From the IMG/VR virus record IMGVR_UViG_2816332137_000001, positions 3,602-67,601 of that record: a stretch of DNA of 64,000 bases. One strand, 5' to 3'. This document shows, piece by piece, positions 18,649 through 28,389 of this stretch. A program made the translations under genes and the position numbers. The notes beneath the pieces are model-generated. The model had not been told where the DNA came from. It searched no databases and was given only the letters and a program-made list of their open reading frames with translations. Numbering within the stretch: position 1 is the first letter of the stretch; every line of letters begins with the position of its first letter. Source of the DNA: a virus. Its lineage: Duplodnaviria > Caudoviricetes.

Positions 18649-19719
18649 ATGGGTGCTAATGTTTTTCCTAGCTATTCAAGGCAGGTCACTAATTATACTT
18701 TACAAAGCGAAGAGAGTGAATCTATTAATTTGCAAGGTCTGCAATTTAATTATAACGAGTCACAATTTATAGCTACAGTTAATAATAAATATGAAAAAAT
18801 TATAAATTTTAAAAAAGAAGGGAGTAATATATTTTTTGAAACTGATTCTTTGTTAATCACGCCAGATATTAGTAAACCCACTACTAATATTATTGTAAAA
18901 AACAAAACTAAATCAGTCTTTTCCTATACATTATATGTTGTTCCATGGCTAGATATTTACCAAGATGAGATTAATGAAATTAAAAAATCTTTATCTAATA
19001 ATTCATTTAATTTCTCTAAAACATTTCCTTCAATTGAGTTTGTTCCATCAAATATAGTTTCAACATTAACACACAATTTGGATAAAAGTGTTTCAGAATT
19101 AACGGTAAATGTTTTTGATTTTTCGGAAAATCCTACTATAAAAAGGCCTGTTTACGGAAAATTTGTTGGCGGTATTTTTCAAATTGGTGACATTGTTATT
19201 TCTCAAAATCAAGCAAATCCAAACAATGCAATTGACGTTAAATTTAATTCTGAAGTAAAGCCAAGTTATTGTTTGTTAAAATTAGAAGGTCGAAGCTTAA
19301 CTCTTGAATTATTGGATAGTCAAAATAAAAATTATAACTATTCAAATAGAAATTTAGATCAAGGAACTTCTGAATTAATTAAACACAATTTAAATATTGA
19401 TGTTTCAACTTTACCTATACACGTAAAGATTGAGTATTTAGTAAATGGAAAAGCTGTTTTCGTTCCTGCAAACAGACCAAGAACATTAAAATTTGGTAAA
19501 ATTGGAAATAGCACATTAGTTAATTTATTAAATCAAGATATTCTTTCTGATAATGGTAACATTAGTTTAATTATTTCATCCGAAAATCCAAATAAAGAAC
19601 TTAAAATTGAAAACAATGTAAATTTAGTTTCAAATAATTTTAAATCAATTGGATACACAATTGATGTTAGTGAAGTTTTTATAGGTTTAACTTTGCATAT
19701 AGAGCTTGAACATCTTTAA
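18649..19719 (+). CDS. Hypothetical, probably structural beta-rich protein
   Basis: Long ORF behind the late motif; upstream of a fibre-like gene. Confidence 0.55.
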   Translation: MGANVFPSYSRQVTNYTLQSEESESINLQGLQFNYNESQFIATVNNKYEKIINFKKEGSNIFFETDSLLITPDISKPTTNIIVKNKTKSVFSYTLYVVPWLDIYQDEINEIKKSLSNNSFNFSKTFPSIEFVPSNIVSTLTHNLDKSVSELTVNVFDFSENPTIKRPVYGKFVGGIFQIGDIVISQNQANPNNAIDVKFNSEVKPSYCLLKLEGRSLTLELLDSQNKNYNYSNRNLDQGTSELIKHNLNIDVSTLPIHVKIEYLVNGKAVFVPANRPRTLKFGKIGNSTLVNLLNQDILSDNGNISLIISSENPNKELKIENNVNLVSNNFKSIGYTIDVSEVFIGLTLHIELEHL

Positions 19720-19738
19720 GAAAGTAAAAAGATAAAAT

Positions 19739-20395
19739 ATGAAATCAATTGAATTATCAAATATAAATGATGTTAATAAATTAGAAGAAACGGTTAAGAA
19801 AATTATTGGAGTTCCTTTAGGGGCTGCAATTTCTACTTTTCCTAGTCTTGGTGGCTATAAATGCGAGGCATTAGAAATAGCTGATAGCTACGGATTTGTT
19901 CTTTGTAATGGACAAGAAATAAAAGACAAAGATTCAATTTTTTTTGGAAAAAAAATTCCAAATTTAAATAACAATTTATTTTTAAAAGGTTCTTTACAAG
20001 ATAATACAACGCAAGGAAATAAAGATCACAAAGCTGATTTTGATCATACGCATATTTATTCACATACGCATAAATATTGTGAATATCAAATAAAAATAAA
20101 TGAATCACAAAAAGTATTAGAACAATATTTTTATACTACTGCCGATAAAAATGAACAACCAAATCAGAACATTGTTTTCCAGTACTCAGGTATAGCAAGC
20201 AGTGGAGGAAGTGGCGATGCTATGAGGCTTTTAAATTCACCTTCCTCATTAACAGAGATGTTCACATCTGGCGTATTCGGAGACGCTATAAATGGTGTGC
20301 TAGAAAATGCTCAAACATCAAAAGTAACAGATTATAATAAATTAAATGTCGAGCCAGAAAATATTACAACAGTATATATTATGAGGGTTAAATAA
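19739..20395 (+). CDS. Tail-collar / short-fibre-like protein
   Basis: P.G.....GF.LCNGQ...P.L...FL.G, HxHxH run, N..P.N....YI.RVK C-terminus. Confidence 0.75.
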   Translation: MKSIELSNINDVNKLEETVKKIIGVPLGAAISTFPSLGGYKCEALEIADSYGFVLCNGQEIKDKDSIFFGKKIPNLNNNLFLKGSLQDNTTQGNKDHKADFDHTHIYSHTHKYCEYQIKINESQKVLEQYFYTTADKNEQPNQNIVFQYSGIASSGGSGDAMRLLNSPSSLTEMFTSGVFGDAINGVLENAQTSKVTDYNKLNVEPENITTVYIMRVK

Positions 20396-20397
20396 AA

Positions 20398-21249
20398 ATG
20401 AGAAAAATTATTTTAAGTTGTTTAAGTTTATTAGTAATATCTTGTGGTGGAAAGGCTTATGCAGATTGTGCTACTGCGCCAAATGGTGGAACAGTTTGCA
20501 CGGATTCTAGATCTAAAAGTTTAACTATGACGGCATATGAAATTGCAAGCAGCGGTAATGCTTGTCTTGGAACATCTCCAGATTGGTATAATGCTTATAA
20601 GAGCGGATCAAAATGGCACAAATATTGTGGCTACAATTCGGGAGTTTATGGCGATTCGTGGACATATTCGGGGGTTTGGTCAAACTCTCCTTATGGAATT
20701 ATTGCAAAAACAAACCTACTGAACTATAAAACAAATGCCTCAACAGTGAAAGTATTTGGCCAAGCTAAAGTAATATTTAGAGCTCGGAATAACGGTTATA
20801 TGGGTGAATGGAATGGACATGTTGGTTCTCATCCAAATAATGGGAATTTTTTTATTGTAGAATTAATCAGTACTGATGGCACTGTTTTAGCAAGAAATTC
20901 TTACGGTCCTCAAACTATTGTTTGGGATTCTCCTATGTTGATATCTTTAACAGCTGATATAAATAAAGATGATTTAAAACAATTTTATTTTAAAGCGTAT
21001 ACTTCTGTTCCGAATAATACTTGGACCGCACCAATTCCATTAATTGAAATTGAAAGAATTTTTTTACAAGCCCAAGATATTGGTGAAGTGTACAAAACTC
21101 AGGTTAGCTTTTCCGAAATTAAACATACTGCAAAACCAATTGCTAAAGGAAATTTTAAAAATAGATTAGCAGAATTAGCGAAAAATGACACATCACCGGA
21201 CCAATATTTTAGAAATAAATACATCACAATGTATGGAGAATTACCATGA
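20398..21249 (+). CDS. Predicted lipoprotein/secreted protein (cargo)
   Basis: Signal peptide with lipobox-like VISC. Confidence 0.6.
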   Translation: MRKIILSCLSLLVISCGGKAYADCATAPNGGTVCTDSRSKSLTMTAYEIASSGNACLGTSPDWYNAYKSGSKWHKYCGYNSGVYGDSWTYSGVWSNSPYGIIAKTNLLNYKTNASTVKVFGQAKVIFRARNNGYMGEWNGHVGSHPNNGNFFIVELISTDGTVLARNSYGPQTIVWDSPMLISLTADINKDDLKQFYFKAYTSVPNNTWTAPIPLIEIERIFLQAQDIGEVYKTQVSFSEIKHTAKPIAKGNFKNRLAELAKNDTSPDQYFRNKYITMYGELP

Positions 21250-22205
21250 AGAAATCTATTGCTTTATTATTTAGTTTAATATCATTTCAAAACTTATACG
21301 CTTTAAACATCGGTGATAAGCTCATGAATTGTGAATATAACTCAGATGGAACTTACGATTTTTGTAAAGCTGTAACTGGAGAACTGGAAAATATCCCTTC
21401 ACTCAAAAATAGAAGTGATATTAATTTAAACTATGATATAACATATAATTATAGTTGTAGCGATAATATTAGCCAATATATTGGTGTTAGATCAACTTCT
21501 GGAAACTTTGCACAATTCAAATATGACGAAACAAAGTTAAGAATTACTTCAGCAGGTAAACTATCAATTGTGGATATTAATCCTTACAAAACAAAATCAG
21601 CTCAATTTGTTCGAGACTGTAATTTGCATATTAAGGAAATAAAAGCAGATTTAACCCAAGAAACAGTTAGCAGCTTAATAAAAGATGCTTGTTATATGGG
21701 AGTTTTAAATACGCAAATTTCTCAGTCTCAAATTATTATTTATTTAGCGCAGAGCATGATGAATAATTACGGAACATTACCTATTAACCAATTAAAAATG
21801 CAGTTAAGAAATTTGCAATTTGGCTTACAAAGTATATCTGTACAAAATAACAAGAAACTTTCTCAGCAAATACAAAATATAATTGGAAATTCATCTACTA
21901 ATGATCAAGTAGGTACTTTAAATTATATATTAAAAAATAGTTCATCTTGGGGTGTCGGGTCTGCCTCTTTGAAAAACAGTCTGACCATTTTATACAGTAA
22001 TTTATCGACAATTATGGCTGATATTTCTGATACAAGTCGAGATAGTATAAATAAGCTGTATGCAAATGGTGAGAGTATTACAAATTCTTATAATGATTTT
22101 AAATCTGCTAAACTACCTCTTGAGTACTTAAAATATCAATACTCATTATCAAGAGGAGAAGATTCTAGTAAATATAAAGCTCCATCTTGCTTTAATTCTC
22201 CTTAA
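21246..22205 (+). CDS. Predicted secreted protein (Cys-containing beta domain plus helical C-terminus)
   Basis: MKK...LYA signal peptide. Confidence 0.6.
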   Translation: MKKSIALLFSLISFQNLYALNIGDKLMNCEYNSDGTYDFCKAVTGELENIPSLKNRSDINLNYDITYNYSCSDNISQYIGVRSTSGNFAQFKYDETKLRITSAGKLSIVDINPYKTKSAQFVRDCNLHIKEIKADLTQETVSSLIKDACYMGVLNTQISQSQIIIYLAQSMMNNYGTLPINQLKMQLRNLQFGLQSISVQNNKKLSQQIQNIIGNSSTNDQVGTLNYILKNSSSWGVGSASLKNSLTILYSNLSTIMADISDTSRDSINKLYANGESITNSYNDFKSAKLPLEYLKYQYSLSRGEDSSKYKAPSCFNSP

Positions 22206-22836
22206 AGTCAAAATAACAGCCTTCGCTTTCTCTAACGTTAGGATTGGTAGAAACGCCAATCCTTGTAAAAAAGTCACTCTGCTCGAACCATCCAATTTTT
22301 TTAGTAAATTGAGGGAATAATATTAGACCTGTTACTTTGCAGCCATTTTTAATTAATTTTGCATTTATAGGTGAATAGCTACTACCAAAAAATTCTGCTT
22401 CATATTCTGTTGTTTCTGTGCAATCTATAGTTGCTTTTATATCATCGCCATTTTGTAAATGAGCTATACCTGAGTAAGTAATTTTGACTAAATTATAATC
22501 TAATTTTTTTACGTTAATATTAAAATTTCCAGAAATATTTGAATAATAAACACTTATGGGTCTAATATTTTCTCTTAAAAATGTCCTGTGATCTGTATAA
22601 TCAACCTCAGAAATAGTATAATTTTTTCCTTGTCCTACTAAACTAACAGCATCTACATCTTGTTTTATTTCTGGAACAATAGGAGGTTTTGGGGGTAAAT
22701 TAATGGCTGGCATTTCTTTACTAGGATCATAACTTTCTAATGAATTTTCATTATTAATATTATTTTTTTTGCCGTTTTTAACACCACAACCTACTATCAT
22801 CAATGATGCTGCAATAAAAAATCCCTTTTTTATCAT
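22192..22836 (-). CDS. Predicted lipoprotein
   Basis: Lipobox IVGC. Confidence 0.65.
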   Translation of the reverse strand: MIKKGFFIAASLMIVGCGVKNGKKNNINNENSLESYDPSKEMPAINLPPKPPIVPEIKQDVDAVSLVGQGKNYTISEVDYTDHRTFLRENIRPISVYYSNISGNFNINVKKLDYNLVKITYSGIAHLQNGDDIKATIDCTETTEYEAEFFGSSYSPINAKLIKNGCKVTGLILFPQFTKKIGWFEQSDFFTRIGVSTNPNVRESEGCYFDFKEN

Positions 22837-22950
22837 TTTAAAAATCTCCTAAACAGATTCTATAATAAATTATATTTACAATATAGTCTTTTAAAACAGT
22901 TAATTAGTAGCATAGATATTTTTAGCGCGCAAGATTATTAGGGAAAACAT

Positions 22951-23265
22951 TTAAGAGTATTTTTCAAAAAGTTTAAGCTTCATTTTGAGAATTTTTTTAG
23001 AATGTATGTTAAAATCTTTTCCATTTTTTTTGATTTCAGAATACTTTTCTTTAAGATAATTTGAGTTATACAATGAAAAAATAGTTCTTCCTATCTTTTT
23101 TGAAGAAGTCGATTTGATTTTCCATAATTTAAAAAACATAAAAAGATTAGATGTAGATGTATTCATTAAAATTGATAACTCTTTTATTGTATAATCTTTA
23201 TCGTTTTCAGATAACAAAACTAACTCAAACCACTTTGCCCTAGGTTTTTGTCTTGTAAATCTCAT
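22951..23265 (-). CDS. Putative HTH DNA-binding protein
   Basis: YTIKELSILMNTSTSNL; resembles 5277 and 23240. Confidence 0.55.
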   Translation of the reverse strand: MRFTRQKPRAKWFELVLLSENDKDYTIKELSILMNTSTSNLFMFFKLWKIKSTSSKKIGRTIFSLYNSNYLKEKYSEIKKNGKDFNIHSKKILKMKLKLFEKYS

Positions 23266-23686
23266 TTATATTTTTATTAACCTCATACTCAATTTGATCG
23301 ATAATATCTAATTCAGTTTTTAGTTCTGGATTTATTTTTGATTCAGTTATTAAAAATAAATCAAGTTTTTTTTCTAAACTATGCTCGCCTTTATTAAGGG
23401 TTTTTTTGCAAGAAAATATTTCACTTTTGTAATAATTTTTTTCAAGATATACTCTTTTTTTATAATGAGAAATAATATCTTTGCCGAGAAAAAAAGCTCT
23501 TCTAGTTGTTTTTTTGATTTGTAAATAATAAATTGGCTTAATGTTTAATCTTCTGACCTGACCTTCGATTTCATACTTTTTTTTTGATAACACAACTTCT
23601 AAATCTTCAAATGAATATTCAAAATCTTCTTTTAAATTCAAAAATTCTTTAGTCCAAGGTGCTAGTTTTCTGCCTCGTTTAGTCAT
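23240..23686 (-). CDS. Putative HTH DNA-binding protein (start at MTKRGRK)
   Basis: GGGAG motif directly before ATG 23686; YSFEDLEVVLSKK HTH-like segment. Confidence 0.55.
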   Translation of the reverse strand: MTKRGRKLAPWTKEFLNLKEDFEYSFEDLEVVLSKKKYEIEGQVRRLNIKPIYYLQIKKTTRRAFFLGKDIISHYKKRVYLEKNYYKSEIFSCKKTLNKGEHSLEKKLDLFLITESKINPELKTELDIIDQIEYEVNKNINEIYKTKT

Positions 23687-23714
23687 TCGGTTCTCCCTGA
23701 GGGAATGTTTAGAG

Positions 23715-23772
23715 GAGCGGACTGACACAATTCATCTTTTAATTCGTCAGTCCGCTCTGCTGCTTTTATATT
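23715..23772. promoter_or_regulatory. 12-bp inverted repeat of a late-motif variant plus a promoter for the protease/capsid operon
   Basis: GAGCGGACTGAC (23715-23726) / GTCAGTCCGCTC (23746-23757); TCGTCA-17bp-TATATT. Confidence 0.6.
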
Positions 23773-23789
23773 GCGCATAGGAGGGCTAA

Positions 23790-24959
23790 ATGTCAACTGG
23801 GTACAATTTTGTAAAATTAAATACCGACAAACCAGAAATAACATCACAAGGATTTTTAAGATGCAAAGTTGCAGCAAGTAAAACAGGAGTCTTCACTTAC
23901 TACGATAAAAAAGGGAATATTAGAAGAGAACTAAGATTACCAGAAGAAGTCTTTAATAAAGATAGCATGGCTTCTTTAGCAAATATTCCTTTTACTAATG
24001 AACATCCACTAGAAGCTGTAAATGCTTTTAATTCGAATAAATATACAAAAGGTTTTACAGATTCTGCAGTTCAACAAAATAAAGATTTACTAGAAACTTT
24101 TGTAACCATTACTGATGCAAAAGTAATTCAAGATGTTTTAAATGGAAAAAGAGAAGCATCAGGAGGGTATTCTAGAGATCTCGAATATAAAAGCGGAGAA
24201 TACAACGGAAAGCCTTACGACTGTATACAAAGAAATATCCGCTACAACCATTTAGCTCTCGTAAAAAAAGGAAGAGCTAATAAAGATGAAGAATTAGCTA
24301 GAGTAAAATTAATATTAGATTCAGCAGATTTTGATGATGATTTCTCAATAGAAACACAAGATGAAAATTTAAATAGTTTAGATAAAAAAGGAGAAAAAAT
24401 TTCTATGAAATTAAATTTAGATGGCAGTGAATATGAAGTTGCAGATATAAGTTTAGGAATTGCTATGCAAAATAAAATAAGCAGCGATTCTATTAAACTA
24501 AATGATTTAAAAAATGCAAATGAAGATTTTAAGAAAAAGTTTGATGCTGTTAGTGCAGAAAAAGATGCTCTTAAGCTTAATTTAGATTCATTAAGCAATG
24601 AAATTAATGAATTAAAAAATGTTCCAAAAATTGATGATAAATTGATATTAGAAAAAGCAAATGAATTAATTGAAGTTAAATCTTTTGTGTCTAAAGCTTT
24701 ACCAAAACTAAATCTTGATGGACTTAGTGCTGAAGAAATAAGAAAACAATTTGTTACTGAAAAATTTGGAAAAGAACATGTTAGCGACAAATCAATTGAT
24801 TACATTAGAGCTTCATTTGATGCATTTAAGAAATTAAATAACGTTACTAATAATGATGCAGAAGCAAAAGCAGTAGCAGGTCATTTCCAAAATAGCACTA
24901 ATGATTCAAAATCTTCGGCAAGAGATAGTTATATGAAAAAATTTACAGAAAATTATTAA
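23790..24959 (+). CDS. Prohead protease/scaffold (DUF2213 type)
   Basis: R.PEEVF...S..S....P.T.EHP, S.GY, NHLA.V..GRA; coiled-coil scaffold C-terminus. Confidence 0.9.
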   Translation: MSTGYNFVKLNTDKPEITSQGFLRCKVAASKTGVFTYYDKKGNIRRELRLPEEVFNKDSMASLANIPFTNEHPLEAVNAFNSNKYTKGFTDSAVQQNKDLLETFVTITDAKVIQDVLNGKREASGGYSRDLEYKSGEYNGKPYDCIQRNIRYNHLALVKKGRANKDEELARVKLILDSADFDDDFSIETQDENLNSLDKKGEKISMKLNLDGSEYEVADISLGIAMQNKISSDSIKLNDLKNANEDFKKKFDAVSAEKDALKLNLDSLSNEINELKNVPKIDDKLILEKANELIEVKSFVSKALPKLNLDGLSAEEIRKQFVTEKFGKEHVSDKSIDYIRASFDAFKKLNNVTNNDAEAKAVAGHFQNSTNDSKSSARDSYMKKFTENY

Positions 24960-24975
24960 ATTTAAGGAGAATATT

Positions 24976-25464
24976 ATGGGTTATAGCATGTATATGGATG
25001 TTGCTTATGCTGGTCAATTAGCAGATATAAATACATATATATCAAGAACATATTCAGCAAGTGAAGTTATTCCTGCAGGTACTTTAATAGCAAGGACAGA
25101 ACAAGGAAAAGAAATAGCAAAAAAAGCAACTAAAAAAGAAGATGAAATATTAGGAATATGCTTGAGAGATACTTCAGGAATTAATGATGGAATAGAAGGA
25201 TTTAAAGCAAAATCAGCGATTGCTGCAATAAGCTTCGGATGTGTTTATGTTGTAGTTGAATCTGATGTAAAGTCTGGACAATCTGTTTATGTAAGAGTTG
25301 TAGATGATGCAAGCCTAAAAATTGGTGGATTTTCTGGAAAAGAAGATGCAACAAAAGCAAACACATTAAAAGTAAAAAATGCAAAATTTGTTACTTCAGC
25401 CCAAGCTGGAAAAGTTGCACAAATAGAATTACTTGGTGGACTTGAATTACTTGCAGTTGTATAA
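24976..25464 (+). CDS. Head decoration/cement protein
   Basis: Position between protease and capsid; AG..AD, G.V.V pattern. Confidence 0.75.
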   Translation: MGYSMYMDVAYAGQLADINTYISRTYSASEVIPAGTLIARTEQGKEIAKKATKKEDEILGICLRDTSGINDGIEGFKAKSAIAAISFGCVYVVVESDVKSGQSVYVRVVDDASLKIGGFSGKEDATKANTLKVKNAKFVTSAQAGKVAQIELLGGLELLAVV

Positions 25465-25483
25465 ATAAGGAGAAAGTAAATAA

Positions 25484-26383
25484 ATGAATGATACGATTTA
25501 TGTTGAAGAACAATTAACAAATATTCTTCCAAAAACTTATGAAGCAAAATTTCCAAATTTAAAAGCAAAAGAAATATTTCCTGTTGATTACTCAGATGGC
25601 GACGGTGTCGATATCATAGAATGGATTTCATATGATGCTAGAGGCATAGCAAAAATTTTAGCTAGTTATGCTGCTAAGGATATTCCACGAGTAGATATCA
25701 GTGGAAAAAAGAATTTTACTCGTGTTTTTACAGGAGGAGCTTCTTTTGGATATTCTGTTGATGATATAAGAAAGTCTCAAAAAACAGGAAAATCAATTGA
25801 TGCCAAAAAAGCCTCCACTGCACTGAGAGCTAATGAAGAATTAATTGAAAAAATTTCATTTAATGGAGATGATAAGCATGGTATCGTTGGAATCTTAGCA
25901 CATCCAAATATTCCAAGATTTTCTACTTTAAAAAATGCTGCTACAAAATATTTATGGAAAGATAAAAATCCTAAAGAAAAATTAGACGATTTGTATTCAA
26001 TGTTTAATTCTATGACTAAAACAACTAATGAATTGGAAACACCTGATTCAATAGCTTTGTCTCCAGATATTTATAATTTATTACATGAAACGCCTTATTC
26101 CGATAGAGATTCTACTCCAATTGTTGAAACATTTAAAAAAGCTAAACCTGAAATTAAAAATTATTATAAAGTACCATATTTTGCTAAAGCTGGAGCAAAC
26201 GAGACAGATATAGTCATGATGTTTAAAAAAGATTCTGAAAAAATATCATTAAAAATTCCTCACGAAACAGAATTCATGCCTCCTCAAGTAGATGGATTAG
26301 AGCAAGTTGTATTTACAAGATTAAGAATAGCAGGAGTTGTTGTTTTTATGCCTTTTTCTTGTCTAATTGGTGAGGGATTTTAA
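25484..26383 (+). CDS. Major capsid protein (DUF2184 type)
   Basis: D..G.A....DIP.VD, F.GD...G..G...HPN. Confidence 0.9.
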   Translation: MNDTIYVEEQLTNILPKTYEAKFPNLKAKEIFPVDYSDGDGVDIIEWISYDARGIAKILASYAAKDIPRVDISGKKNFTRVFTGGASFGYSVDDIRKSQKTGKSIDAKKASTALRANEELIEKISFNGDDKHGIVGILAHPNIPRFSTLKNAATKYLWKDKNPKEKLDDLYSMFNSMTKTTNELETPDSIALSPDIYNLLHETPYSDRDSTPIVETFKKAKPEIKNYYKVPYFAKAGANETDIVMMFKKDSEKISLKIPHETEFMPPQVDGLEQVVFTRLRIAGVVVFMPFSCLIGEGF

Positions 26384-26706
26384 TGAAAATTAAATCAAAT
26401 TTTAATTGCGTTCATTACTTTGAAGATGTGGCGATATTGCCAAATGTAAATGATATTAGTGATGAAGATTATAATAAAATTAAAGATAATCCTGTTTTTA
26501 AATGTAAGCTTGATGAAGGTTTATTTGAAACTAAATATGAATTTAATCTTCAAATTTTGACTCAAGCAAAAGCTATTAAATCTGTTAACGATTGTATTGA
26601 TATAAATTTACTAAATAGTGAGCTTGAAAAAGAGACAAGAGAAGCGGTTAGAAAAGCGATCTTAAATAGAATAAAAGATATTTCAACACCAGAAGAAGTG
26701 AAATAA
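26383..26706 (+). CDS. Head-associated hypothetical protein
   Basis: Coupled to the capsid gene. Confidence 0.6.
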   Translation: MKIKSNFNCVHYFEDVAILPNVNDISDEDYNKIKDNPVFKCKLDEGLFETKYEFNLQILTQAKAIKSVNDCIDINLLNSELEKETREAVRKAILNRIKDISTPEEVK

Positions 26707-27057
26707 ATGGAACTTAATGCTGATTTTTTTAAATCAATATTTCCTGAATTTAAAGATTATGAAAATAAAATAATTCAATATTTTATTGATTCAAATTCTA
26801 AGAAATTAAATAAAGATTTTTATAACAATGATTGGGAAATAGCTGTATTAAATTTATCAGCACATCAAGCTTTATTATCTAAAAAAGGTTCAAACAAAAA
26901 AGGTGAAATAGTTTCTGAAACCATTGCTGGAGTGGACAGAACCTATAAAACAAGTCACACAAATCCAAATGATTCTTATTTTTTATCAACTATCTATGGT
27001 TCTGAGTATCTGAGGATTAAAAAGGAAAATTCATATTTTAGAGGTTTCACTACATGA
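26707..27057 (+). CDS. Head-tail adaptor (DUF4054 type)
   Basis: F...FPEF, L.AH, ST.YG.EY. Confidence 0.8.
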   Translation: MELNADFFKSIFPEFKDYENKIIQYFIDSNSKKLNKDFYNNDWEIAVLNLSAHQALLSKKGSNKKGEIVSETIAGVDRTYKTSHTNPNDSYFLSTIYGSEYLRIKKENSYFRGFTT

Positions 27058-27572
27058 AAGTTTCTATTAAAGAAAAAATAAATATTAATTTAAAAAAGAA
27101 ACTTGGTGAAATTTGCTCATATGAAGCTAAAGTTGGAATAAATGAAAGAGATGCTCAAAGAAAAAAAACATATTTTAGTTATTCTGAGAAAAATGGAAAG
27201 CAATTAAAAGTTTCAAAAGAAGTTACACTTGGAGAAGTAGCTGCAATTCATGAATTTGGAGACCCTTTAAATAATATTCCTGAGCGTTCATTTTTAAGAG
27301 ACACATTAGAAATAAAAAAAGATGAAATTATAAATAACATTAAAGAACAAATAGAAACGGCAATAAAAAGTAAATCAAGTGCAAAAATGGCTGTTAAAGT
27401 GATTTCTAATGATTTTCTGAACAAGGTTCAAGAAAGAATTTTAGATGGAATCGAGCCACAGCTAAGCTCTGAGACAGTTGAAAGAAAAGGTCATGATTTA
27501 TCATTAATTGATACTGAACAGCTATTTGACTCTATAAAAAGCAGGGTAAATAAAAAAGGATCTTCTACATGA
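27054..27572 (+). CDS. Neck/tail completion protein
   Basis: A.IHEFG....IPERSFLR, LIDT.QL..SI. Confidence 0.8.
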   Translation: MKVSIKEKININLKKKLGEICSYEAKVGINERDAQRKKTYFSYSEKNGKQLKVSKEVTLGEVAAIHEFGDPLNNIPERSFLRDTLEIKKDEIINNIKEQIETAIKSKSSAKMAVKVISNDFLNKVQERILDGIEPQLSSETVERKGHDLSLIDTEQLFDSIKSRVNKKGSST

Positions 27573-27904
27573 ATATTTTAGAAATGATGGAGGATAAGCA
27601 AATAAATATTAAAATTTTAAGACAAAATCCTGCTAGATTTGAAAGAGGGAGAGAAATAAAAGGCTCTGCTAATCAATTTGAATTAATTGGTTTTGCTTCT
27701 CCTACAAAAAATAATTCCTCCACTCAAAGTCAAGGGGCTTATTCTTTTACCTCATTAGATATTTATACTAATGAAGAATTATTAACTGATGATAATGAAA
27801 ATACAATTGCAGATAGGGTCATTATAAATAATAAAAAATACAAGATTTTAGGATGTAATTTTTGTCATGATTTTTATATCTCACATGGAGAGTTAGAAAA
27901 ATGA
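27569..27904 (+). CDS. Head closure protein (putative)
   Basis: Synteny; AD.VI.N...YKI. Confidence 0.6.
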   Translation: MNILEMMEDKQINIKILRQNPARFERGREIKGSANQFELIGFASPTKNNSSTQSQGAYSFTSLDIYTNEELLTDDNENTIADRVIINNKKYKILGCNFCHDFYISHGELEK

Positions 27905-28389
27905 TCAGTTACATCGAAACTTTTAAAGATTACTTATATGACTGGCTCATTGATTTTGGTGAAGTGCGCTTTGCAAATCAATCTGTAGGAATTCCAAAAT
28001 ATCCTTTTATTATTTGCAATATTAAATCAATTAATAAAAAAGGATTAGATCAAGAAATTCTGAATTTAAAAGATGATGAAGTTTTAAGATATGGTTCTAG
28101 AGATTTTAATATCTCAATTGATATTTATGATAATGAAAATGGAAATGCTAATGAAATTGCACAAAATATAGCGGATTCTATAGATTCAAGAACTACAAGT
28201 TTATTTTTTAGAAAAATAAATTTTGTTTTAAATAGTGATGTTAAAATTATTGACTTAACAACTTTAATTAAAACAAAATTTGAACAAAGGTTTCATATTG
28301 ATTTACTAGCTAAATATACTTCAAATATTAAAGAAAAAATTGAAACAATTGATTTAAACAAAATTAAAATAAAAGGAGAATTTAACTAA
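27901..28389 (+). CDS. Neck/tail terminator protein
   Basis: Synteny directly before the sheath gene. Confidence 0.65.
   Translation: MISYIETFKDYLYDWLIDFGEVRFANQSVGIPKYPFIICNIKSINKKGLDQEILNLKDDEVLRYGSRDFNISIDIYDNENGNANEIAQNIADSIDSRTTSLFFRKINFVLNSDVKIIDLTTLIKTKFEQRFHIDLLAKYTSNIKEKIETIDLNKIKIKGEFN

Noticed and set aside
23687-23877. Extended start of 23240..23728 and the ORF 23683..23877
   Set aside because: The RBS motif sits directly before ATG 23686; the extensions overlap the regulatory inverted repeat and the protease gene.
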